A DNA stretch of 63,060 nucleotides, the filler included, from Perkinsus chesapeaki ATCC PRA-425 (lineage: Eukaryota > Protista > Perkinsozoa), in assembly GCA_013115145.1 (NCBI GenBank). It is 10 parts of 10 records of this genome, joined end to end, with 100 filler letters (N's around TTAATTAATTAA, not from the genome) between each part and the next. Parts side by side here need not be neighbours in the genome. Positions count along the whole stretch, not along the records: positions 1 to 29,022 come from JAAPAO010000459.1; positions 29,123 to 39,952 come from JAAPAO010000873.1; 8 more parts are not named here. The stretch is one strand, 5' to 3'. This document shows positions 27,240 through 39,090 of this stretch, piece by piece. The position numbers and the translations under genes are program-made. The stretch's first letter is position 1, and each line of letters opens with the position of its first letter. Under the pieces are notes generated by a model that saw only the letters and a program-made list of their open reading frames with translations, was not told where the DNA came from and ran no database searches.

Positions 27240-28640
27240 AGGCAGCTGAAAGGCAAAGACGGAGGTGATAATGGGAAGGCTACTGTCTGGATTAAATAGG
27301 GGATTGCTGAGAGGATATCGATAAGTCATGGAACACGTACTAGTAAAGTGGGAATGCTGAATAGTACTAGTAAAGTGGGAATGCTGAATAGTAGTAGTAA
27401 AGCGGGAATGCTGAATAGTAGTAGTAAAGTGGGAATGCTGAATAGTACTAGTAAAGTGGGAATGCTGAATAGTACTAGTAAAGTGGGAATGCTGAATAGT
27501 ATTAGTAAAGTGGGAATGCTGAATAGTAGTAGTAAAGTGGGAATGCTGAATAGTATTAGTAAAGTGGGAATGCTGAATAGTAGTAGTAAAGTGGGAATGC
27601 TAAATAGTACTAGTAAAGTGGGAATGCTGAATATTGTAGGAGGGAATGTAAAAAATTTTAGAGACTCTAACATCCTTATATTAACAGAGACTCCTTTCTA
27701 ACCCTCTGATTTAGAGTTTTAGTAGAATGTGTATTGTCCATATTACTAAATTTCGCATCATTAAATTAGGTTGAGTATAAATTTCTCAAAACTAACTCTG
27801 GGTTGTTAATCGCATATCTTTGTATTTTCCATAGTTGACTCTTATTCGGTTTCTTTGACCTTAAGTTTATATATTGGCAAATACTGGTGAAGGAATTCAC
27901 AGAAAATATCAATGTTCTAAATTTGCGGTAGTAGTTTTGTATAGGGAAGAAGCGGAGGAGTTGAGGAGGCGTAAAGAGGAGGAAGAAGCTCAACGAAGAT
28001 TGCGGGAGCAGGAAGCGAAAAAAATGAAGCTACTGATGAAGCAACGACAGAAAGAGGAGGTGCTAAATTGGGGCCCGGAGATGGGGTGGAATGAGATGAA
28101 ACGAAATAAATATGAATGGTGGAGGGTTAGAATCCCGCGAAGGACGAATTTAGAAGATTGTTCATCAAATGGTTGCTTTGTGGCTTATGTTTGCTATACA
28201 GCCCGACTCGATGGAATTATTCGTATTTGCTAGATTCATCGCACTGGTGTTGTAACGTGAAAACATGAGACCTATAGGAAGGATCAAAAGTCGAAGAATA
28301 TTTCATTGCATCGGGCTATGCGTCGATTCTTTAAAGGGATACGCAAGGGTTGATTTTTCTTAAGATAGCGGCGGTAGTCGAATTTCGAGGTCATAGCGCT
28401 CAGTGGGTCGTGTCGCTGCCACTGGCAAATATTACTGTACTTATATATATGTTCAGATTAGCTACCATTAGTCTCATTTATCAGTACTAGCATTATGTTT
28501 GTAACAAGATTCGGTTACGTTCAGGAGCAACGAAAACGAGAGGAAGAGGAACAACGGAAACAACTGGAAGGCGGGCTTGATAGGATTCTGGCTCAGTTGA
28601 ATCGGAATATGGGAACGGTACAGGCGGTCAATTTTGCAGG
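27240..28640 (+). CDS. Exons of a charged coiled-coil protein gene, boundaries incomplete
   Basis: AG/GT-bounded segments: TADLLARKAAERQRR (~27215-27265), EEAEELRRRKEEEEAQRRLREQEAKK..QKEE (~27946-28060), EQRKREEEEQRKQLEGGLDRILAQLN..VNFA (~28524-28639). Confidence 0.45.
27341..27633. repeat. 27-bp minisatellite, about 11 copies, probably intronic
   Basis: Unit TAGTAAAGTGGGAATGCTGAATAGTA(C/G/T), head-to-tail with no unique spacers. Confidence 0.95.
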
Positions 28641-29022
28641 TAATATTTTCTGGCAATTTCCATTCATTAGTAGAGTGGTGCTTATATGTATGAATAAGCG
28701 TCGCGCGCCACAAAATTAGATAGTGATGGTAGTATGGCTTACGATAAGAGCTAGATTGGGAATAATGATTGACACCTCATCGACGTGACAAGTGTAGGGC
28801 GAGCAGGATTCTGATATTGGTGATCGTATCTCTATATACAGTAAGTAGTAGTATAGTTAATATACTGTATTAAATTTTCATAATCCTGCGCATTCACTTA
28901 TAGCCATTTTATATGGCACATTGGCAAGTTGTAAAGCGTTCGCCTTCGCTGGTCCATCGCACGAGTGCTCCTGCCCCTGACCAGCATGTCCCAACGCCCA
29001 CTACTGTTGAGCAACCGAGCAC

Positions 29023-29122
29023 NNNNNNNNNNNNNNNNNNNNNNNNNNNNNNNNNNNNNNNNNNNNTTAATTAATTAANNNNNNNNNNNNNNNNNNNNNN
29101 NNNNNNNNNNNNNNNNNNNNNN
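29023..29122. other. Artificial contig-joining linker (first of nine)
   Basis: 44 N + TTAATTAATTAA (stops in all six frames) + 44 N. The others are at 39953-40052, 42669-42768, 44256-44355, 46024-46123, 52747-52846, 54324-54423, 60011-60110 and 61679-61778. Confidence 0.98.
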
Positions 29123-30683
29123 AATCCGAAACGGTTCAGTTTCGGGCGACGGCGATAATTGCATCATGGATATGACAACGTACAGAATCTTATCAGAACC
29201 ATTCCACGTTTGATGGGACAGAAGATCCACCGCTTAGAGTGAATCTAACCAAAGTCGCGGATCAGGTGAGAAATGAAGAGGAGCACGTACGTGACAAGGT
29301 TCCAGACTAGATCTTCCTGTTCCATGTCCATCATTCTGTCCAAGATAGTGTTCTTCAACTTGTCACCATTCTTCAGTTCTTTGCTCCTCTGATCTATTAT
29401 TTCTGTGCAGTATTTCTCAACACTCTCGATGGACGAGTGTAACTGGGGACGAAGTTGGTAGCGATCTACTTAGAATCCACGGGATTTAATCCCGTAAGGA
29501 AATAGACCCACTCACCTTGGCCACCGGTTTGTTAAGCGTAAAAGGAAACCTGTTCTTCATCATTGGTGCCATCTGAATATGGTTCAGCATGAAATCGAAC
29601 CCCTCAAGGAAATTTTGGAATACTCGGTAGGTATATTCACGTTCAGCAGCGCTATGCGGGTCTGACAGGATACAACAAACCGATTCGGTTTAACCGAATG
29701 AATATATCCGAAAGACTTCTACCTAAGGGACTTAGGAGGTTGTAATCTCTCCCGAAATTGGATGCCATTGTGAAGTCCAACGCAGCGCGTTGTAGCAAGT
29801 TATGTGGTTCCCAATCATGAACAGTTCCATGCTGGTCGGCCAAGGCTGATAGAACGTGAACCTAACAGACATCATTAAGAAGTAATGATTTCCATCGTTA
29901 AGCTGTGCCTCATGACCCACCAGCCTTCGAGCCATCTGACCCATAATTGGCACCATCGCCCGAGTATTGGGCTCTGCGAGAATGGGGTCCACTTTCCTTC
30001 TGTTTAAACGCCATGCATGTCCATCAGTTAAGAATGTTCCGCGACTCGGCAACAAACCCTTCAAGTTGAGCTGCCTGATCACAACCTCGTTCCTCGAGTC
30101 CCTGATGATTTGCGTCACGGTCTCAGGACTCCTGGTGACGATGAATGGTGTTGCGAAGACCCTGAAGAGAGAGCTGAATGTCCAGCAGCACTCGCTATCG
30201 GGGGAGATATATCCCTGACGCATTATTACGTGATACAACAGGTTTACTTGAACAACCAGTCCCCGAATACGCCATGCGACTAGTAGATAACCAGCTTTAT
30301 TATCTACTAGGTCGCATAGTCTATTTGGAGATCGGTGCTATGCAAAGGACTTACCAGAAAGCAATTGTTTTGCCATACTGATTAGTCCAAGCGCGCAGGC
30401 ACTTCAAAGCGTTATTCGGATCCAACTCTAGGGCTACACCGAATATAGGATTACCCTGAAGAGCGGGATCTGGAACTAAACTACCTCGACGATTATCCCA
30501 AAGAAAATTGTGGGACTTTACCTCAGGCCCTGGAAATGGCAACGGCTCTTTGCCGATAATCATTTTAACCAGTTTCAGAGTCCCAAATGCAGTCGCTAGA
30601 ACGAGTCCTCCGCGCAAAGCAATCGGTGCATAACGCTGCAGGATCTGCCCAATCTTGACGTTCAGTATAGCTGACACTTCCAT
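29123..30683 (-). CDS. Cytochrome P450, N-terminal part through helix I, truncated by the contig end; apparent 1-nt frameshift after helix I
   Basis: TM anchor, then PGPE|GNPIFG..LKCLRAWTNQYGKTIAFW|VFATPFIVTRSPETV..GTFLTDGHAWRLNRRKVDPIL (C-helix WxxxR), QRAALDFTMASNFGRDYNLL, and I-helix LVT|FTLSGGSSVPSNVEWF, with in-frame GT-AG introns. Confidence 0.85.
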
Positions 30684-31490
30684 TTGATGGAGTGCGACAA
30701 ATCTGATTCAACAACACTGATGAGATAAAAAACCCACTTGTACTTGACATTCGGATGGCTACGTACTCGACGGAACAGAGAATGGGGAGGGGGGGAAACT
30801 AGAGGAAACTTTAGGGAGAAGTGAACACATGGATAACCAGCTCATCATGGGTACCCCGCATAAGGTAGCCCGCCGGTGCACTGTTACCCATTCAAGTCGG
30901 ATGCTCACACAGTATCACACAACTGCTATCATGAGCAATTGTCTCCTCTAGCCTAGCTCTTCGATTCCATTATTTATTGTTACTTGATTGTGCTCAACTC
31001 TAGTTGCGGTCACGACTAACTATAGTCTAGCCCTCCCCGCACAATGGCATTTTCTGTGACACTTTCACGATGTTCATGCGTGCGTAACCGAGATGCTTTA
31101 CTTTAGAATATCCATGCTTAAGTATCAATGCAGTATAGAATCTATGCTCCATTGGAGCAATGGAGTTGGATGTAATGGAGCAAAATGGTGTGAGATCAGC
31201 ATCATTTCGCAGACATGGGCATGAGTTATCTTTCAAGCCATCGGAATCTGCTCAAGCTACGGCCTGGGAACCTCACTGGACCGTCGAAGACGGACCGTCT
31301 CTCTATCGGCTTAGGGGCCTCTGGAACAGGAGATCCACTACTTGAAGTAGACCTTATCGGTGATTAAGAAGCAGTGGTTACTAACCACAGTGAGGGGTCG
31401 AGTGAAGCACGCAAAAGACTGGTTAAATCTTCCTGTGCTATAGCGATCACTCTGCGACAGGAGTCCTGTCACAGGAAATGGCTTGATATA

Positions 31491-33428
31491 CACCATTTCA
31501 AGAACAAATTAGTAAACGCCCAGAACAAATTAATATAGCCCAGAACAAATTAGTAAAAACCCAGAATAAATTAATATAGCCCAGAACAAATTAGTAAAAA
31601 CTCAGAACAAATTAATAAAGCCCATAACAAATTAGTAAAAACCCAGAACAAATTAATATAGCCCAGAACAAATTAGTGAGAACCCAGAACGATTTCGTGA
31701 GGGTCATGACGTGAGCTGAACAAGTTGACCGAAATACCCATTGACTTCGCGGCATAGTACAGTGCACAGTCTGCCGAACTTCCGTGCGCCCACCCAAGGG
31801 AGAAACCAGGGTGGCCGGTTTTTCATTCTTTCATTCTTTCTTACGGAAAGAATTTCTATTTTTCCGAAAGAAAGAGTGTCTATTTTTCCTCGGAAAAATA
31901 GGAAAAATAGCCACTCCGAAAACAAGAGGCCTAGCACGTAGGGAGAGTCTTACAAATACCGCAATACACTTATAATCCTCGGCAAGGATTTAGTATCAAT
32001 GGGGTTGAGAAGAAACCATAAAAATAGATGCCATCTATTAGATGGCTTTTATATGACCCTACCAGGGATCAAACCCGCTCCTTTCTCATCTGGGGGCATG
32101 CCTCAGCAAAGATACCCTGCCTATGCCTCCGAATACGCTAAGTTTGTAGTAATTTATTGCATTAGCTTAACGCTAATAGTATGCTCCATCTCTATAATGT
32201 GCATAATAATCATGCCATAATTAATGGCTCCGATCCTATCTCAGCGAAATTCCCACGATTTCTCTACTATACGAAAAGGTCCGAAGTAGCGCGAGGGCCA
32301 GAGTTGCCCAAGCGTTTCGCGAAGGTGAAGACGGTACGCAATTGCAGCTGCAAATGGTATAAAACCGACCACAGGCCCCAATATTCACTGCTTTTGCGCG
32401 ATAATGCAAACTGGTCTCGTATACCATTGCATTAAAAGAGAAAGTATAAATAGAGCTGTATGTGCTACGATTGTTGAAGAGATGCTAGACAAAATATCAG
32501 CTAGCGGACGGAATCTCGCCGACCTCACCTTCGTCGGCCCGACGACGTCGGGGACAATGCTCCACTGGAGCATTGTCCCCTGGTGCTCTGTGGAGCAGCT
32601 CCAGCCCATTCAGGGCTGGAGGCCGTGTTCGAAGCCAAAGGTAGCAAAAACTATTGTCATACTGTACCACTGCCACCTCTCTTTCAACAGGTGCGCGATT
32701 GCTCCGCTTGCCACCTCATTCTTTCTCAATTAATCCCATAGAAGACTGTTTCTCTGCCGCGAAGCAAGCAATGAAAACACAGAACGCAGCGACCAGACAG
32801 CAGCTTTTTGATGAGCAATGGGATAACGGTAGAGGCCAAAAACGAAAACTGAGTACCGTCTGCAATACTGCGAGATGCTCCTACAAAAAGGCGTGGATGC
32901 TATAACAATGGGGACCTGCATAAGGTGTTTCAATCACGTACAAACGCTTTATCCACGATGCTTGGCAATGGAGGACATGCCTGTCGGAGCATGAACGTCA
33001 TTATACATAATGTAACTTATAGTGTACATTCAATATATGTAGGGTATAAACTACATGTCCAGGTGCATGTCGCTTACATGATGTAGGCAAGGTAAACTTG
33101 CCGAACTGTCGGAAACTTTCCGACACAATGGGAGTTGTTGACTGAATTGATCTAGGAATATATTAATTTGTTCTGGGCTTTCACTAATTTGTTTTGGGCT
33201 ATATTAATTTGTTCTGGGATTTTACTAATTTGTTCTGGGCTATATTAATTTGTTCTGGGCTTTTACTAATTTGTTCTGGGCTATATTAATTTGTTCTGGG
33301 CTCTTACTAATTTGTTCTAGGGTATATTAATTTGTTCTGGGCTACTAATTTGTTCTGGGCTATAGTAATTTGTTCTGGGCTTTTACCAATTTGGTCTTGG
33401 GTTTTACTAACTAGTTTTTGAAATGGTG
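31491..33428 (+). mobile_element. IS630/Tc1-mariner-superfamily DNA transposon, defective, with long tandem-repeat TIRs
   Basis: TA (31489-90) + CACCATTTCAAGAAC ... TTTTTGAAATGGTG + TA (33429-30). Transposase remnants GPNIHCFCAI, FVGDNAPAH (after scar removal), LLRLPPHSFSINPIEDCFS. The first catalytic Asp region appears deleted. Confidence 0.9.
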
Positions 33429-35224
33429 TAGCCTTTTATAGTCTTGATAGGCTTTTCAATCTCTGCCGTCCTTGACATTATTTCTTCATAGTATACTCAC
33501 GCCTATTCCCAAATATTTCCCTTCCCTAGCAGACTTCTCTAGAGTCTTGACTTCACGATTGAGCCTGGATGTTTCTACTGGGGAGTCTCTGATGGGAAGC
33601 TTGAGTGGCTGATAGTGCCGGGGTTCCGGCAGCCCGACATTATCGATAAAGTCCAGTCGATCACATAAGGCTTTAGATTGTCTTAGATTTCGTACCTCTC
33701 GGCTTAGATTACCCAACGATTACTTTGAAGCATCTTGGTAAAAAGCGTCATCAGGAGCCCATTTCGAAAGTCTCTTTAAAGAAGCTTTCGTAATGGTGAA
33801 ACCGTTTCACCATTACGAAAGCTTGGCCGTTACGGCCAGAATCTGCTTTAACTGCTTTCGAAAGTCCCGCTCACCAACCTCAAGAAGGCTTCTTTAAACC
33901 GGCAGTTTCTTTAGGTTGAAGAGAAGGGCCCCCTCTTTAAAGGTGCCTTCTTGAAAGGTGCACAATGTACATGTTAAATTTTTTAAGAGTCTTCCAAGAA
34001 CCCCTTAACTGGCTTCAAAAGCCCATCCTTCTTGAAACTCAAGGCTTGAGAAGCTAATCCCCCTCATGGGAACTTCCTTGGGGAAGTTAACCTTCCCATT
34101 GGGAAGGTTAAGTATCTTAACCCCGGAAAACCGATCTTAACTTAAGATCGGTTTTCCGGGGCTCTTAAACGAAAGTATGTGGCTTTGTAGCGCGGCGCAC
34201 TGGTCATGGTCAAACTGGTCAAAGCATGATGAATTTGAGGCTTGTGAGACTTCGAATGGAGCACTTTGACTAAATATTTACTAGGATCGATTTCTTCAGG
34301 GCAAATTTCGAGTCATAACTGTGTCAAAGACGAGACGCGGGTTCAAATCCTAGTTAGTACATGTGTTTTCCCACCCAATAAAAGCTCAAGAAGGCTTCTT
34401 GAGGTATAAGAATGTGTTGCGTGGACAGTTGCAATTTCAGTGGGTTATGCAATGGTCCACTACTAGTCGGTTTTGGATCTGAGGGGATTGATGGAAGCAT
34501 TTGAGTTGCTGTTTCGTGACGAAACTTTCGTGAAAAGTTGAGGACGAGGGGACGCGACCGTGCGGAGTCAGCATGAGGTCGTATGAGCTTTTGAATCCCA
34601 CTAACCATGGCCCAGTTCATTGTTGATCCCGCAAGCGCCATGCAGTCCAAGTACTCGAGGATCGAGATGCCATTCAAGTTCAGGTATGCCACTCACGGGA
34701 GTCTAAAACGGTCTGCAGCCTGGATGTTGCTCGTTTGTGGGCCAAAAATGACCGTCCATTCAACACATGGGAAGATTACAACTCTTTCACGATAATCGTT
34801 CTCCTGTCAGTGACCAAAGTGAAGCGCGAAGCACCTACAGAAGACGTTTACTTGTTATCCCTGGGGATGAGGAAATCGATGATACGCCTCTGGCGATAAT
34901 ACCAAGAGATGACTCTGTTTTCGCCCAGGTCGATAAGGAGTTCACCCAGGTGACTCTGAAGCCTCGGATAAGGCTCTCCTAGAGGCTTGAGCATTAGGGA
35001 GACAAATTGTCTCAGACAACTGACACTCTAACTATCAACTCGACAATCCAGTCGTGTCGGCTTCATCGTGAGCAAGATCATGTTGCCAAGATGGCTTGTT
35101 TTCATCGGGTCGCTAAATAATTTAGCACACAATGGATTGTGGGAAATAGGCTACTAGCTAGGCCGCTCCTCTTCCGGAAGCTTAGCCACCCAACGAGGGG
35201 CCCTGGGATTGCTTAGGATTCAGG

Positions 35225-36990
35225 ATGAATCCTAAGGATGATTTTTCGGATGGTCAGGAGATAGAAGCGGAGATCCTGGGCGTTGAGAGCGGTCCACGTG
35301 TACTGGAGCTTCACAAAGAGTTGCAGGAAGTTTCCGAAGAGTTGAACAGAATTGTGGAAAATCTACTGGAGGATCGCGAGAAGGTGGCAGGTTGCAGTAC
35401 TGAATTAAGAAGATGTGTCAGGATTTCTTCCTCGCATACCGGACGCATATGTACACAGTGCAGCATGAACTGAATACGCTCAAGACTTTGTCGGATTCAA
35501 ACGAAACTAAAGGTAGACGCGTTCAGAAGGTAACTTAAAGGTCGAACTCGATATTCGCGAGTCGGCTAGTACAGATTCATTCACTGGAATCTGAACTGGA
35601 GTGGTTCACAGCGGAAGCTCTGAGGTGGGCTTACGAACACTCAGCTACGGTCTAATCATATGTATTTATGTTGCTCCGCTCTTTTATAACACTCACGATT
35701 ATCTAGTAGGACTATTTGTCCTTTGCACTCTTTGAAGAAGAATCCGAAACCCACATGGGCTGAGAACTGACTTAGGAGGAAGTTCATAAGGAAATTGCGA
35801 ATTTACTATCGGCTGGATGAAGCTGTTTCCCATCGAAATGAAACGAGTAGGATATGAGTGGGCGCGGAACCTTTCTGTCCAATAGGCTGGACAACCTATG
35901 CAAGAAGCACCAGAAGCACTTACAGGCGTTCAAGGAGAATGTGCAATCTCTTGAAGACGATCGCGGATTCCTGGAGGATCAAATTTCCGGATCAAGAAAG
36001 GAGTTCAAAGCGCTGAAGAAGGCCGTTGCTCGAGCGCAGGTTAGTGTCGTAGTGTATCGTGTGACATGACCCGCGCCCACGTATATGTGATGCATACGGT
36101 ACTGTATAAATCGTCGCACTCATGGGCGTGCTCTGAAACGGCCCCCGCATATCATCTTGAGATCCATAAGAGGACAACGATTCATTGTCGAAGAGATTCG
36201 GGTTACACCGTCCTTCAGAAATGCATACGATGTGATTCATCGATGTGCTTGTTGACAGATATCAGTCGAGAAGGCCAATCGGGAGTCCTCAATTAAAGAG
36301 TCTGCGTATGCAGCAGGGCAAGGCCGGATCAATAAAGACAGATTAACTGCAGCAGGCAGCGTGTTGGACCAGGAGTAAGAGACAATTGAAAATGAGATGG
36401 ATTGAGTTTGTCTAATCTCAGAAGTGGTCTGAGTGGCGGATCTTCCTCTCGAATGGATGAGAGGAAAGATGAAGAACGATACCATAAAATTGTCGACGAG
36501 CTGTGCTGCAAGATTCGTGCAGAGAAGACTATGATCTGCAAATTCCGCGACACCGCTGAAAACAATCAAGCTGTGCCTACTCTTGACGAGTGTTTTGCTC
36601 AATGTGTGGACGCGGTGAGCGTGCGTTTAGCGAGGTTTAATGGTACTGGAGGTTATCAGATGAAAGATGAAGTGTCTAAAAGAAGGAATGTTACCACAAC
36701 GAACTCCACCAAGGCAAAAGCGAAGGATAGTGGGTTGCAGCGCGGACGGGGGGTCTTCTTGTTCGCGTCGCAGGTGACGGTGTGCTGGAGCCACGGGATG
36801 TCAAGTTGGAATGGCTAACGGCTGGTGACAAGAAGCGCCTCTTGGAAGCATTCCTACTGAATGGACAAGTGAGATTAACTCGTTCAACTATCGGAGATTC
36901 TAACCGCTATCGCGTTATCTTTTCTCTGATTAAGGTACTCCGGCTTCTACAGCAAGATGTCCCGGTGGAGGCAAGTGCCAACGTCTGAAT
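35225..36990 (+). CDS. Multi-exon coiled-coil protein, possibly flagellar/basal-body type; boundaries uncertain
   Basis: Heptad-rich exons LELHKELQEVSEELNRIVENLLEDRE and LQAFKENVQSLEDDRGFLEDQI, then LDECFAQCVDAVSVRL and LTAGDKKRLLEAFLLNGQV. The family guess is from memory and weak. Confidence 0.45.
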
Positions 36991-37808
36991 ACCATGACTT
37001 GTGAGTGCGTGTTGGAGTACCGCCTGTTGAGTTGCGTTAGTCTTGGAAATTTTTGGGCGAATTGCGGGAAACCATTGGTTTCAAACCAACAGTCGCATGA
37101 CAACAATGTATCCTCGAAACGATTGGTACAGCTAAACCCGAATATGACATGCTCGGCGGCCGGGGCGGGAAGCACTAGCCGATGATGGCTGTTCTGTACC
37201 AGGCGGGCTGAGGCTTTACAGTTGTAAATCCACTCCGTGCTGACCGACATGAGGCATGGATGTTACACGCAGCGAATGTTCGACCGTTATGCTTTGCGGT
37301 CCCCGGTAGTTCACAGATGGGCAAGGTATCACCTCACTCAAATCGAAACTTTCCTTACCAAACGAGCATAACGTGGTGCAAATCCAAGCACGTTTCGTGC
37401 TCGAAGGTCGACAGGCTTTGCCTCGATTCCTGAGTCCTCGATGGCCAGCCAGCTCCTCTCCGCTCGGACGTTCACGTATCACGTCGTTCAGTGTCTTATC
37501 TTCGTCGCTTCGAGGCGCAGCGTTAGCTGGACGCGTTTCACGCCAAGCAGAACGGAACTAGACGGTTTCGCAACGCAAGCCCAATATCCGAAACCGCTGG
37601 GCTAGCGCGTTGCTGACGATTCGTAAGTCAACCAATATCTACTTTTGCTAGGATTTATTCCAGTGAATTTATTTTCACAGAATGTAATATAGCTGATCAT
37701 GTGAGTGGTAATTCGTTGAGTAATGCTTTTCATTTTACTTTGAATTGTTCGGCTTTTGGCTGATGATACTCTGGTTTCATGGCTGCCTACAGCTTTTTTT
37801 GATTAACC

Positions 37809-38576
37809 ATGCACGTCGCCATTCTTGTATCCATCATCGCATTTTCTTCTAGTCAGTCTACCACCGAAGCGCCGACTACTATCTCCCCTTCCACCGTGGT
37901 AACCACTACCCCGGTTCCGACCACTGGTGACTTTTTCACTTCGGCGAGTACTACGGTTGCTCCTACAACGGTTCCAGCTGCTTCTACAGCTTCGACAACC
38001 CTGGGTGCTACAACAGGTCAAGGAGAAACTACTATAGCGTCGACCACGGCTACCGGCACAGCTGCAGGAACCAGCTCTGTCGCGGCCACAACAGTTGGAT
38101 CATCCTCAATTGTATCGACTGGTGCTCCTCAAACGACCACGCTATCGCTTTCTACAACTCTTTCATCCACGGCTTCGATCAACACTACTGCTGTAGCTGG
38201 CACGACTGTTGCAACTTCAACTGCTCCCACTACCGGTTTACTCAATGCAACGTCGCAACCAGCATCCACCACCTCTGCGTTCACGAGCTCTGCCTCCACG
38301 TCTTCCGGATCCAGTTATGCTTCAAGTAGCTCGGTAACTAGTGCGGCCCAGAATGCCACCTCTGCGTTCACTAGCTCTGCCTCTACGTCATCTGGATCCA
38401 GTTCTGGTCCAAGTAGCTCGGTGACTAGTGCAACGCAGAATACAACCTCGGCAGTTACGACAGCTTTGAGGAGCACTACTACTAGTGGAATATTCACCGT
38501 TCCTACCTCAGACACGACTGGGAACTCGCCCTTCCCAAGTCCGATTTGGCTTTTACTTGTGAAATGTCTCTTATAG
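37809..38576 (+). CDS. Ser/Thr-rich mucin-like secreted/surface protein
   Basis: Signal-like N-terminus MHVAILVSIIAFSSSQ, S/T-rich body, a 29-aa tandem duplication (TSAFTSSASTSSGSS..SSSVTSA.QN), several NxT sequons, hydrophobic C-terminus. Confidence 0.8.
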   Translation: MHVAILVSIIAFSSSQSTTEAPTTISPSTVVTTTPVPTTGDFFTSASTTVAPTTVPAASTASTTLGATTGQGETTIASTTATGTAAGTSSVAATTVGSSSIVSTGAPQTTTLSLSTTLSSTASINTTAVAGTTVATSTAPTTGLLNATSQPASTTSAFTSSASTSSGSSYASSSSVTSAAQNATSAFTSSASTSSGSSSGPSSSVTSATQNTTSAVTTALRSTTTSGIFTVPTSDTTGNSPFPSPIWLLLVKCLL

Positions 38577-38745
38577 TCGATAATACAGTATTGGACTGCA
38601 AGGTAGACTGTGTTTGTATAGGTGCTGCCCAGCACCGTGCTGATTCAACCGTTTATCACCTGTGAGTGAGCAGTGTATTCCGCCGGTGAGTTGAGTTGTT
38701 TCGCTTTTCGACTCTTCGTTGGCTTTCAGCTTTTGACGTTGCAGT

Positions 38746-39090
38746 ATGATGCGAGTCTTGTCTCTCCTTGCTATTATCGTGGCCGTCGCTTCCCAGACAA
38801 CTACGGTTGCTGCTACCACCACTGCCGCAGCTGCGACTACCACAGCTGCCGCTACGACCACGGTCGCTGCAACCACTGCAGCTGCTACAACTACTGCCGC
38901 TGCCACTACAGCCGCTGGAACTACGACTGTTGCTGCTACCACTGCAGCAGGTGCTACGACCACAGCCGCTGCGACTAGTGCTGGAGCTACTACCACCGCA
39001 GCCAAGACTACCGCCGGGCCGACTTCCAGTGCTACTGCTGCCGCTGTTAGCTCATTCATTGCCGTGGCAATCGGAATTGCTGCATTGTAA
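38746..39090 (+). CDS. Small Thr/Ala-rich mucin-like protein, probably GPI-anchored
   Basis: Signal MMRVLSLLAIIVAVASQ, ATTTAA repeats, C-terminal SSATAAAVSSFIAVAIGIAAL resembling a GPI signal. Confidence 0.85.
   Translation: MMRVLSLLAIIVAVASQTTTVAATTTAAAATTTAAATTTVAATTAAATTTAAATTAAGTTTVAATTAAGATTTAAATSAGATTTAAKTTAGPTSSATAAAVSSFIAVAIGIAAL

Noticed and set aside
27341-27633. CRISPR-like array or repeat protein (ORFs 27326-27673 and 27348-27701)
   Set aside because: Head-to-tail 27-bp units without unique spacers; the ORFs are open only because the unit is a stop-free multiple of three.
31500-31690. CRISPR array or iterons
   Set aside because: No spacers; mirrored at 33160-33428 as the TIRs of a TA-flanked transposon.
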